The notes beneath the pieces were generated by a model. It made no database searches, was not told the DNA's origin, and was given only the letters and a program-made list of their open reading frames with translations. The translations under genes and the position numbers were made by a program. From Candidatus Nanohaloarchaea archaeon (GTDB taxonomy: Archaea > Nanohalarchaeota > Nanosalinia > Nanosalinales > Nanosalinaceae), in the NCBI GenBank assembly GCA_014297435.1, contig JACOQA010000003.1, positions 96,001-160,000 of the forward strand: a stretch of DNA of 64,000 nucleotides, given 5' to 3'. Position 1 is the first letter of the stretch. Each line of letters begins with the position of its first letter. This document shows, piece after piece, positions 56,668 through 64,000 of the stretch.

Positions 56668-57057
56668 ATGCAACACGATACACTGAGCGACGCACTTTCC
56701 GCAATCAACAACGCAGCGAGAAAGGGCAACAACTACGCAACAATCAGCCCTACAAGCAATCTTATCCAGAACGTCCTACTCAAGCTTCAGGACGAAGGAT
56801 ACATCGGAGTCTTCGAACTTATCGAGGACGGTAAAGGTGGAAAGTACAAGGTAGAGGTCAAGGAAGCAGTAAACAAGTGTGAACCAGTCAAGCCTAACTT
56901 CTACGTTGGAAGCGACGAACACACAGAGTGGGCAAAGAGATACTTGCCTGCACGAAACTTCGGAAAACTCATAGTAACAACACCGAGAGGAGTTCTCACC
57001 CACGACGAGGCAGTTGAAGAAAACGTGGGCGGAAAGCTCCTTGGGTACGTCTACTAG
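56668..57057 (+). CDS. rps8: 30S ribosomal protein uS8
   Basis: D.LSDALS, YLPARNFG, GGKLLGYVY. Confidence 0.97.
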   Translation: MQHDTLSDALSAINNAARKGNNYATISPTSNLIQNVLLKLQDEGYIGVFELIEDGKGGKYKVEVKEAVNKCEPVKPNFYVGSDEHTEWAKRYLPARNFGKLIVTTPRGVLTHDEAVEENVGGKLLGYVY

Positions 57058-57594
57058 GTGAAAAAGAAAATGAGAGAGACAGCAGACCTCAACGGATTCG
57101 AAGCCAACTACGAAGACGGCGTACTTGAAGTTGAAGGAAACGGCGAAACAGTTTCAAGAAAGCTTAACCACGCACGAATCGATGTAGAAGTCAAGGATGG
57201 AGAAGTAGTTTTCTCCTCAGACGAGAGCAACAAGACAGTTAAGTCAATCCTTGGAACTTTCAGGTCCCACGTCCAGAACATGGTCGACGGACTTGAAGAT
57301 GAACACGTCTACCAGATGAAAGGTGTTTACGCACACTTCCCTATGGACATCGATGTAGAGAACGACCAGGTAGTGATCGGAAACTTCATGGGAGAAAGAA
57401 ATCCTAGAAAGGTCGATATTGCTGAAGGCGCAGAAGTATCAGTAAACGGCGAAGACCTAGAAATCAGAGGTGCAGACAAAGAAGCAGTAGGACTTACCGC
57501 CGGACGTATCGAACAGGCATGCAAGAAAGGGAACCGCGATCCAAGAACGTTCCAGGACGGAGTCTACATTACAGACAAAGGTGAGAAAGAATGA
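57058..57594 (+). CDS. rpl6: 50S ribosomal protein uL6
   Basis: YAHFPM, NFMGE, RDPRTFQDGVYI. Confidence 0.97.
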   Translation: MKKKMRETADLNGFEANYEDGVLEVEGNGETVSRKLNHARIDVEVKDGEVVFSSDESNKTVKSILGTFRSHVQNMVDGLEDEHVYQMKGVYAHFPMDIDVENDQVVIGNFMGERNPRKVDIAEGAEVSVNGEDLEIRGADKEAVGLTAGRIEQACKKGNRDPRTFQDGVYITDKGEKE

Positions 57595-57929
57595 GCGACG
57601 ATTTCAAGAGAGAAGACAACCACAAGAAGACACAGACCCCTAGCTCGTGGAGAAAGCCTAAAGGAGGGCACTCCCGTGCACGTCTGAAGAAGAAAGGTGC
57701 GAACCCTCTTCCGAAGGCAGGTTACAGAACTGATAAAGATGTTAGAGGCAAGCATCCTTCCGGATATGAGGAAGTGCTTGTCCACAACACCTCCGACCTT
57801 GAGGAACTTGATGAAGAGACAGAAGCAGCACGAATCGGTTCAACAGTCGGAGACAGAAAACGTGAAAAGATAGTTAAAAAAGCTGACGATGAAGGAATCC
57901 ATGTGCTTAACAGAGGTGACGAAGAATGA
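57591..57929 (+). CDS. rpl32e: 50S ribosomal protein eL32
   Basis: WRKPKG, RGKHPSGY.EVLVHN. Confidence 0.96.
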   Translation: MSDDFKREDNHKKTQTPSSWRKPKGGHSRARLKKKGANPLPKAGYRTDKDVRGKHPSGYEEVLVHNTSDLEELDEETEAARIGSTVGDRKREKIVKKADDEGIHVLNRGDEE

Positions 57930-58369
57930 CCGACCTTAAATCACAGAAGAGAATGGCTTCAGAAGTACTTGACGTAGGAAAGAACCGTGTCTGGATCGAT
58001 CCGGACAACACAGAGAAAGTAGAGGAAGCCATCACAAGGAACGACATCAGGAACCTGGTCGAGTCAGGAGTCATCCAGAAAAAAGATGTTAAAGGAACCT
58101 CGAAAGGTCGTGCAAGAGACAAGAAGAAGCAGAAAGCCAAAGGACGCAGAAAAGGTCAAGGAAACAGGAAAGGAAAGAAGACAGCAAGGAAAGATTCCAA
58201 AGAAGAATGGCAGGAAAAAATCCGTGCCATCAGGAAAAGACTCAAGGAAATGAAGGAAGAGGAAGAAGTTTCGAACGACGAGTACTGGGATCTTTACGAC
58301 ATGGCAAAGGGAGGATTCTTCCGTAACACAAAACACCTAGAAAACCACGTCGAGAACAAGCTAGAGTGA
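57926..58369 (+). CDS. rpl19e: 50S ribosomal protein eL19
   Basis: QKRMA, VG.NRVWIDP, G.RKG, AKGGFF. Confidence 0.97.
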   Translation: MTDLKSQKRMASEVLDVGKNRVWIDPDNTEKVEEAITRNDIRNLVESGVIQKKDVKGTSKGRARDKKKQKAKGRRKGQGNRKGKKTARKDSKEEWQEKIRAIRKRLKEMKEEEEVSNDEYWDLYDMAKGGFFRNTKHLENHVENKLE

Positions 58370-58375
58370 TTACAA

Positions 58376-58885
58376 ATGGCAGACACATCAAACTACGAAC
58401 TACCTTTCAGGAGAAGAAGAGAACAGAAAACAGACTACAAACAGAGACTTGGACTTCTGAAATCAGGTAAGCCAAGAGCAGTTGTAAGAATCTCTAACAA
58501 CCATACTAGAGTCCACCTCTCTCACTACAAACAGGAGGGAGATGAAAACACAGCTCAGACACTTTCAAAGGAGCTTGAAGAGTACGGATGGGAGAACCAT
58601 ACAGGCAATCTTCCTGCCGCTTACTTGACAGGTTTCCTTGCAGGAATGAAGGCTGAAGAGGACGAAGCAGTTCTCGACCTAGGACTAAGAGAGAAAAACA
58701 AGGGCGGAAGAATGTTTGCCGCTCTCAAAGGATTGATCGATGCAGGAGTCGAAATCCCTGCAGGCGAATCCATCTTCCCATCCGAGGAAAGACTAAGGGG
58801 AGAACACATCGAAGAGATGACAGACAAAGAAGTACCTGCAAACTTCGATGAAACAAAGGAAGCAATCAGAGGTGAGTTCGAATAA
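58376..58885 (+). CDS. rpl18: 50S ribosomal protein uL18
   Basis: RRRRE.KTDY..RL.LL, NLPAAYLTG. Confidence 0.97.
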   Translation: MADTSNYELPFRRRREQKTDYKQRLGLLKSGKPRAVVRISNNHTRVHLSHYKQEGDENTAQTLSKELEEYGWENHTGNLPAAYLTGFLAGMKAEEDEAVLDLGLREKNKGGRMFAALKGLIDAGVEIPAGESIFPSEERLRGEHIEEMTDKEVPANFDETKEAIRGEFE

Positions 58886-59556
58886 TGTCACAGGAAATGG
58901 AAGAAGAGGAGATCTGGAAGCCACGCACCAAGCTAGGCGGAAAGGTCGCTAACGGAGAAATCACAAAGATCACAGAAGCACTTGACTCCAAGTACCCAAT
59001 CATGGAAGAAGAGATCGTCGACCAGCTTGTCGACCTGGACGAAGAGGTAATCTTGATCGGAGGAACACCAGGAAAAGGAGGCGGCGTAAGAAGAACTGTT
59101 TCAAAGAGAACATGCAGAATGCACAAGTCAGGAGGACGTTACTCCACAAACGCTATGGCAGTTCTCGGAAACAGAAGAAATGTTGTAGGACTTGGAGAAG
59201 GAGACGCAAACGATACAAGAGCAGCTATCGAATCCGCTTCAAGAGAAGCAAAGCTCAACCTCATAAAGGTAAACAGAGGGAACGGATCCTGGGAAGACAG
59301 AGGAGACGACTCAACATCGATTCCTTTCAAAGTTACAGGAAAGTCCGGTTCTGTTGAAGTAGAGCTTAAGCCTGCACCGAGAGGAACAGGGCTTGCAGCA
59401 TCAGAAGGAGTAAAGAAGATGCTTGAGCTTGCCGGAATCCAGAACATCTACGTTGAATCCCGAGGACAGACAAGAACACGGGAGAACATGATGAAGGCAA
59501 CATTCGAAGCTCTCAAGAAGCTCAACGAATACGAATCACCAGGTGATGCAGAATGA
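58885..59556 (+). CDS. rps5: 30S ribosomal protein uS5
   Basis: W.PRTKLG, GSWE, PAPRGTGL. Confidence 0.97.
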   Translation: MSQEMEEEEIWKPRTKLGGKVANGEITKITEALDSKYPIMEEEIVDQLVDLDEEVILIGGTPGKGGGVRRTVSKRTCRMHKSGGRYSTNAMAVLGNRRNVVGLGEGDANDTRAAIESASREAKLNLIKVNRGNGSWEDRGDDSTSIPFKVTGKSGSVEVELKPAPRGTGLAASEGVKKMLELAGIQNIYVESRGQTRTRENMMKATFEALKKLNEYESPGDAE

Positions 59557-59900
59557 TCGCAGCAGTAAGAGTAAGAGGTCCAGTAGACCTTAACGAAACA
59601 GTGAACAACACACTCGACAACATCAACCTGAACACAAAAAACCAGGTTGTAGTCTTCGAGGAAAACGAAGCAATCATGGGAATGATGAACTCTGTAAAGG
59701 ACTACATCACCTATGGAGAGATCTCCGATGAAGTAGTAGAGAAACTTGAGGAAAGAAAAGGAGAGAGTCTCGAGTCAGGAGATACAGTCAATCTTTCGCC
59801 TCCATCAGGAGGATTCGAAGACACGAAAAGAAACACGGGACAGGGCGGAAGCCTTGGAAAACGTGAAAATATCGACGAACTTTTAGAGAGGATGGTATAA
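59553..59900 (+). CDS. rpl30: 50S ribosomal protein uL30 (shortened)
   Basis: AVRVRG, DYITYGE, L.PP.GG, I.ELL.RM. Confidence 0.94.
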   Translation: MIAAVRVRGPVDLNETVNNTLDNINLNTKNQVVVFEENEAIMGMMNSVKDYITYGEISDEVVEKLEERKGESLESGDTVNLSPPSGGFEDTKRNTGQGGSLGKRENIDELLERMV

Positions 59901-60326
59901 ATGACGAAGAGAAGATCTAAGAAGAATAAGTCCGGTTCTCACGGACACGGTTCATCGAAGAAAAACCGTGGAGCAGGAAGCAAAGGTGGAAGAGGTAACG
60001 CCGGAAGAGGAAAGAAGGCAAAACACCACAAGATGCAGTCAGGCGAAGTCCACGAGCTTGGAGAGAAAGGATTCAACTCCCGGAAGTCCGAGCAGGACGG
60101 CATCAACCTGAGAGACATCGACCAGAGAATCGACGACTTCGTAGAAGAAGGTTCTGCGGAAGAAACTGAGGACGGTTATGTCTTCCACGCTTCCGACGCA
60201 GGATACGAAAAGGTTCTCGGAAAAGGACAGCTCAGGAAGGACATCGAGATCCATGCCGAAGATTTTTCCAGCACGGCAGAAGAAAAGTTAAAAGAAGCCG
60301 GAGTTGAACCTGTAATAGAGGATTAA
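59901..60326 (+). CDS. rpl15: 50S ribosomal protein uL15
   Basis: RGAG.KGGRG.AG, KVLGKG. Confidence 0.96.
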   Translation: MTKRRSKKNKSGSHGHGSSKKNRGAGSKGGRGNAGRGKKAKHHKMQSGEVHELGEKGFNSRKSEQDGINLRDIDQRIDDFVEEGSAEETEDGYVFHASDAGYEKVLGKGQLRKDIEIHAEDFSSTAEEKLKEAGVEPVIED

Positions 60327-60330
60327 ACGA

Positions 60331-61719
60331 ATGTCGAAACTAGTCCAGGCAGCATCTTACTTACCAAGCATCAAGGAACCCAAGAAAGAACAGTCATTAA
60401 GGAGAATGTTGACCTGGACCGGGATTGCCCTGGTTCTTTACTTTATAATGGGTTCGATCGATCTCTACGGCGCTAACGCCCAGTCGGTCGAACAAGCACT
60501 TCAGAGTTTGCAGACTTTCCAGACTATTCTAGGAGCTCAGATTGGTTCTATAATTACACTAGGTATTGGACCTATCGTTACGTCATCGATTATCCTTCAG
60601 ATGATGGTAGGTTCGGATCTCCTTCCATGGAATACTAACACACAGGAAGGAAAGATCAAGTTCCAGTCGGCGCAGAAGGTACTTGCGTACGGCTTGACAG
60701 TAATTGAAGCCTTCGGGTACGTTCTCTCAGGCACCTTCGGTAACGTTGCAGGAGACCCTATGCTATTGTTCCTGCTAGCCGGACAGATAACACTGGGCGG
60801 ATGGCTGATCATCCTGCTTGACGACATGGTCCAGAAATGGGGATTCGGATCAGGGGTATCGCTGTTTATTGCAGCAGGTGTATCTAAAGCAGTATACATC
60901 TCAACTATCTCTCCACTTACATCCGCAGGAGAACTATTCTGGACTGTAGGAGGAAACCCTGTAGGACACATCATCCAGTTCTTCCTAACGTTCCAAGCAT
61001 CATCCATAATCCCTGTAATATTCACAGTACTGGTCTTCGCAACAGTAGTTTACCTACAGGCTATGCGTGTGGAGATTCCGTTGACCTTCGGAAACGTCAG
61101 AGGGTTCGGTCAAAAATGGCCTCTGAAATTCCTCTACACCTCGAACATGCCTGTCATCCTGATCGCAGCACTTGTGTCTAACTTCAGGATACTTGGAACC
61201 ACACTTGCCGGAACAAACGGTTGTTCAATCCTTGGATGTTTCCAGGGAGGACAGGCAACATCCGGACTCGTCGCATATCTCAGCGCTCCACAGAGCTTCG
61301 TGGATGGACTGATTAACGGAACAGTTCAGATGGTTGGAACCGGTGGACTTATGCACGTCCTAATCTACCTGAGTGTTTACACGTTAGGATCGATCATGTT
61401 CTCGATCTTCTGGATGAAGACCTCAGGACAGGACGCCGACTCTGTTGCGGAAGATATTCAACAGACCGGCATGAAAGTTCCAGGATTCAGGAAAGACAAA
61501 CGAGTAATCAAGAAAGTACTCAATCGGTACATCCCAGGACTGACAGTACTGTCGGGAGCAGTTGTTGGACTCCTTGCAGGAATCGCCAACATTACAAACG
61601 CTGCAGGGGGCGGAACAGGAATCCTACTTACAGTCATGATCCTGTACCAGATGTATGAGCAGCTGGCTCAGAAACACATGGAGGAACTTCACCCAGCACT
61701 CAAGGACTTCATGTCCTAA
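60331..61719 (+). CDS. secY: Preprotein translocase SecY
   Basis: LGIGPIVTSSII, KWGFGSG.SLFI, PLKFLYTSNMP, GTGILL. Confidence 0.97.
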   Translation: MSKLVQAASYLPSIKEPKKEQSLRRMLTWTGIALVLYFIMGSIDLYGANAQSVEQALQSLQTFQTILGAQIGSIITLGIGPIVTSSIILQMMVGSDLLPWNTNTQEGKIKFQSAQKVLAYGLTVIEAFGYVLSGTFGNVAGDPMLLFLLAGQITLGGWLIILLDDMVQKWGFGSGVSLFIAAGVSKAVYISTISPLTSAGELFWTVGGNPVGHIIQFFLTFQASSIIPVIFTVLVFATVVYLQAMRVEIPLTFGNVRGFGQKWPLKFLYTSNMPVILIAALVSNFRILGTTLAGTNGCSILGCFQGGQATSGLVAYLSAPQSFVDGLINGTVQMVGTGGLMHVLIYLSVYTLGSIMFSIFWMKTSGQDADSVAEDIQQTGMKVPGFRKDKRVIKKVLNRYIPGLTVLSGAVVGLLAGIANITNAAGGGTGILLTVMILYQMYEQLAQKHMEELHPALKDFMS

Positions 61720-61792
61720 CAAACCTCATTTTTACTCCTCCTCCTGAACAGCCTCCGATTTAAAAGCCTTCTCCGCGAAGTTACTTGATAAG

Positions 61793-62527
61793 ATGGCATC
61801 GATACAGGGATTCCTAAACGTTTTATTCGGGTTCTATGATACGCTTTTCCAGCCGATACTAAGTTTAGGACCGCTTCCCTCACTCGCAATCTTCTCCGGA
61901 ATGTTAGCCGGAATGTTCTCGATAATATACTACATCTTCCTAGATATCGAGGCGATGGATGAAATTAAAGAGAAAATTAACGAGAAACAGGAAAAACGGA
62001 AGGAAGCACAGAAGAACGATAACGTCGATGAAGCAACCGACCACATGAAGGAAGCTATGTCTCTGAATCAGGAGATGATGATGCTCAACTTCAAACCGAT
62101 GATCGTGACTATGATTTGCGTAGCATTCATCTTCCCATGGCTTGGGGCAACATTCGCACCATCAATCGATCTACAGCAGACATCTAACTCGACATTTGAA
62201 GGAGATTTCCAGTTTAACGGTCAAAACGAAAAGATAACTATAGTTAATGATACAGAGCCAGTGGTTAAGATGGATGATCAGAACGCTTTGATCGGCGGAG
62301 AGGTCAACGCCTTTGGTGTGGACTGGGATGTAGTCAGGTTCGGTGAAAAGAAAGGAGGCTTCTTCTCATCAGGCGGAGAAGGACACGTTTTGAAGATGAA
62401 TGCCAGGTTCGTAGACCTGCCTTTCAGCATTCCGCTTGCAGGAGCAGCACTGAACTGGCTTGGAACCTACATCCTAATTTCGATGCCACTAACCTTCCTG
62501 TTCAGGAAGATGCTAGGAATCCAGTAG
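61793..62527 (+). CDS. DUF106/EMC3-TMCO1 (Oxa1 superfamily) membrane insertase
   Basis: TM-coiled coil-KPM-TM...W..Y...S TM topology; directly after secY. Confidence 0.85.
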   Translation: MASIQGFLNVLFGFYDTLFQPILSLGPLPSLAIFSGMLAGMFSIIYYIFLDIEAMDEIKEKINEKQEKRKEAQKNDNVDEATDHMKEAMSLNQEMMMLNFKPMIVTMICVAFIFPWLGATFAPSIDLQQTSNSTFEGDFQFNGQNEKITIVNDTEPVVKMDDQNALIGGEVNAFGVDWDVVRFGEKKGGFFSSGGEGHVLKMNARFVDLPFSIPLAGAALNWLGTYILISMPLTFLFRKMLGIQ

Positions 62528-62583
62528 GTTTTCCCTCTCCATTTTCAGTTGATCAGATAAAAGTTTCTCAAAGAGGTTAAGTT

Positions 62584-63540
62584 ATGGATTGGTACACCCG
62601 GGACGAGGCAGAGACATCCGAGGAATACGGATCAATACCAGAAAAACGTTCTATCGAAGAACTGATGGATAAAGGATTTTTTGTAGTAGACAAGCCCTTC
62701 GGACCACAGTCAAAACAGGTCTCAACCTGGATAAAGAAAGAACTTAACCTGAAGAAGACAGGTCACTTTGGAACACTTGACCCAAATGCTACAGGCGTAC
62801 TACCTGTAGGAGTAAACTCGGGAACCCGCATAAACGATATACTATCTGGTTCAGACAAAGAATACATATTCGAAGCAGTTCTGCATGAGGAAAGAGAAGA
62901 AGACAAGATAAAGGAGAAACTACTGGAGTTCAAAGGCACGAACAAGCAGACACCTCCTGAAAAATCCGCTGTGAAAAGAGAGGAAAGAGAAAGAGAGGTA
63001 TACGAAGTAGAACTGCTTGAAAAAGACGGCAAGAAAGTTCTTGGAAGAGTCAAATGCGAGTCAGGTTTTTACGTAAGAGTATTGATCACGCAGCTGGGAG
63101 AAAAACTTGACACAGAAGCAGAGATGAATGAGCTTAGAAGAACTAAACAAGACCATCTATCCGAAGAAGACGCTAACACGTTACAAGATATTGTAGATGC
63201 TTACCACTTCTGGAAACAGGATGATAGAGAAAACGAGATCAGAGATATTCTGCATCCTATCGAGAAAGCTGTGGAACATGTTCCGAAGATCGCAGTAAAG
63301 GACTCTGCGGTAAACGCTGTGGCTAACGGCGCGGATCTAGGTGCTACGGGGATTTCGAAGTTCCAGAGCGGTATAAAGGAGGGGGATACTGTTGCAATAA
63401 CGACCTTGAAAGGCGAGCTTGTCGCGCTTGCAGAGGCAAGAATGAACTCAGAGAAACTTTACGATGAGGACGGAACCGCAGCCTCACCAGAATCTGTGCA
63501 TATGGCTCCTGAAACCTATCCAAAACGGTGGAAACAGTGA
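62584..63540 (+). CDS. cbf5: H/ACA RNA-guided pseudouridine synthase Cbf5
   Basis: DKP.GP.S, GH.GTLDP..TGVL, G.YVR, ELRRT, PUA domain. Confidence 0.95.
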   Translation: MDWYTRDEAETSEEYGSIPEKRSIEELMDKGFFVVDKPFGPQSKQVSTWIKKELNLKKTGHFGTLDPNATGVLPVGVNSGTRINDILSGSDKEYIFEAVLHEEREEDKIKEKLLEFKGTNKQTPPEKSAVKREEREREVYEVELLEKDGKKVLGRVKCESGFYVRVLITQLGEKLDTEAEMNELRRTKQDHLSEEDANTLQDIVDAYHFWKQDDRENEIRDILHPIEKAVEHVPKIAVKDSAVNAVANGADLGATGISKFQSGIKEGDTVAITTLKGELVALAEARMNSEKLYDEDGTAASPESVHMAPETYPKRWKQ

Positions 63541-64000
63541 TCGAAACACTTCTTAAAGCACTAGAACTGAAGGATGAGAAACGTACCGGACAAGAAATCT
63601 ACAATATATCTGAACCTGACTCTGTTGCCGGACATTCATGGAATGTTGTTTTCCTGACGATGCTTTTTGGTGAGGGCGAAGATGTCAACATGAAGAAGGC
63701 TTTGAAGATCGCTACAGTGCACGATCTAGCTGAAGCCGAGACAGGTGATATCGCGAAGAGAGCCGACGAAGATAAACAGGATTTAAGCGACGAGGAGAAA
63801 GAAGTAGAAGAGTTCGAGGCGATAACAGGGCTTTCCGAATCACTGAACTCTCACGAGATCAGGATGCTCTGGAAGGAGTACGAGGACTGCCAGACACCTG
63901 AAGCCAGACTGGTCAACGACATGGACCACATCGAGAAATGTCTGACGGCTTTGAAGAATGAAAAAGAAGAAAATTATGATCCGGGAGAAAACGATACAGG
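63537..64000 (+). CDS. HD-domain hydrolase (YfbR/HDDC2-like), 3'-truncated by window edge
   Basis: Manual translation from GTG 63537: LK.E.RTG..., SVAGHSW, VHDLAEAETGD, LW.EYE, DMD. Confidence 0.85.
   Translation, partial: MIETLLKALELKDEKRTGQEIYNISEPDSVAGHSWNVVFLTMLFGEGEDVNMKKALKIATVHDLAEAETGDIAKRADEDKQDLSDEEKEVEEFEAITGLSESLNSHEIRMLWKEYEDCQTPEARLVNDMDHIEKCLTALKNEKEENYDPGENDT

Noticed and set aside
41175-63053. Overlapping alternative-frame and antisense ORFs across the ribosomal operon
   Set aside because: Same shadow effect; the sense genes are canonical and tightly packed

Overview
Chromosomal window from a halophilic DPANN archaeon, most likely Nanohaloarchaeota. This is inferred from the strongly acidic proteome at moderate GC, archaeal information genes and GGTGA-type Shine-Dalgarno sites. 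Core content: the RNA polymerase operon (rpoH-B''-B'-A'-A''-nusA), the str cluster (rps12, rps7, EF-2, EF-1a, rps10), the S10/spc superoperon through secY-DUF106-cbf5, tRNA-splicing genes (endA, archease, rtcB), three tRNAs (iMet-CAT, Lys-CTT, Ser-GGA) and a stand-alone 5S rRNA. The main accessory element is a ~9.2-kb provirus in the 3' end of tRNA-Ser(GGA), bounded by 14-bp att repeats (27448-27461, 36653-36666). It has a tyrosine integrase and a pleolipovirus-like block (membrane protein, two spike-like proteins, two membrane ORFs, P-loop NTPase) but no recognisable Rep. It also has a repeat-rich control region, a palindromic operator shared by the structural and integrase promoters, and an ORF spanning attP. 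A second highlight is an identical-length ~50-aa domain appended through acidic linkers to both uS3 and uL24. Also notable: a divergent RNAP bridge helix, trigger loop and zinc sites; an AsnB-Dph6 fusion; EndA lacking its catalytic Lys; a candidate ncRNA; and three single-lesion pseudogenes. All family calls are by eye, with no database search.
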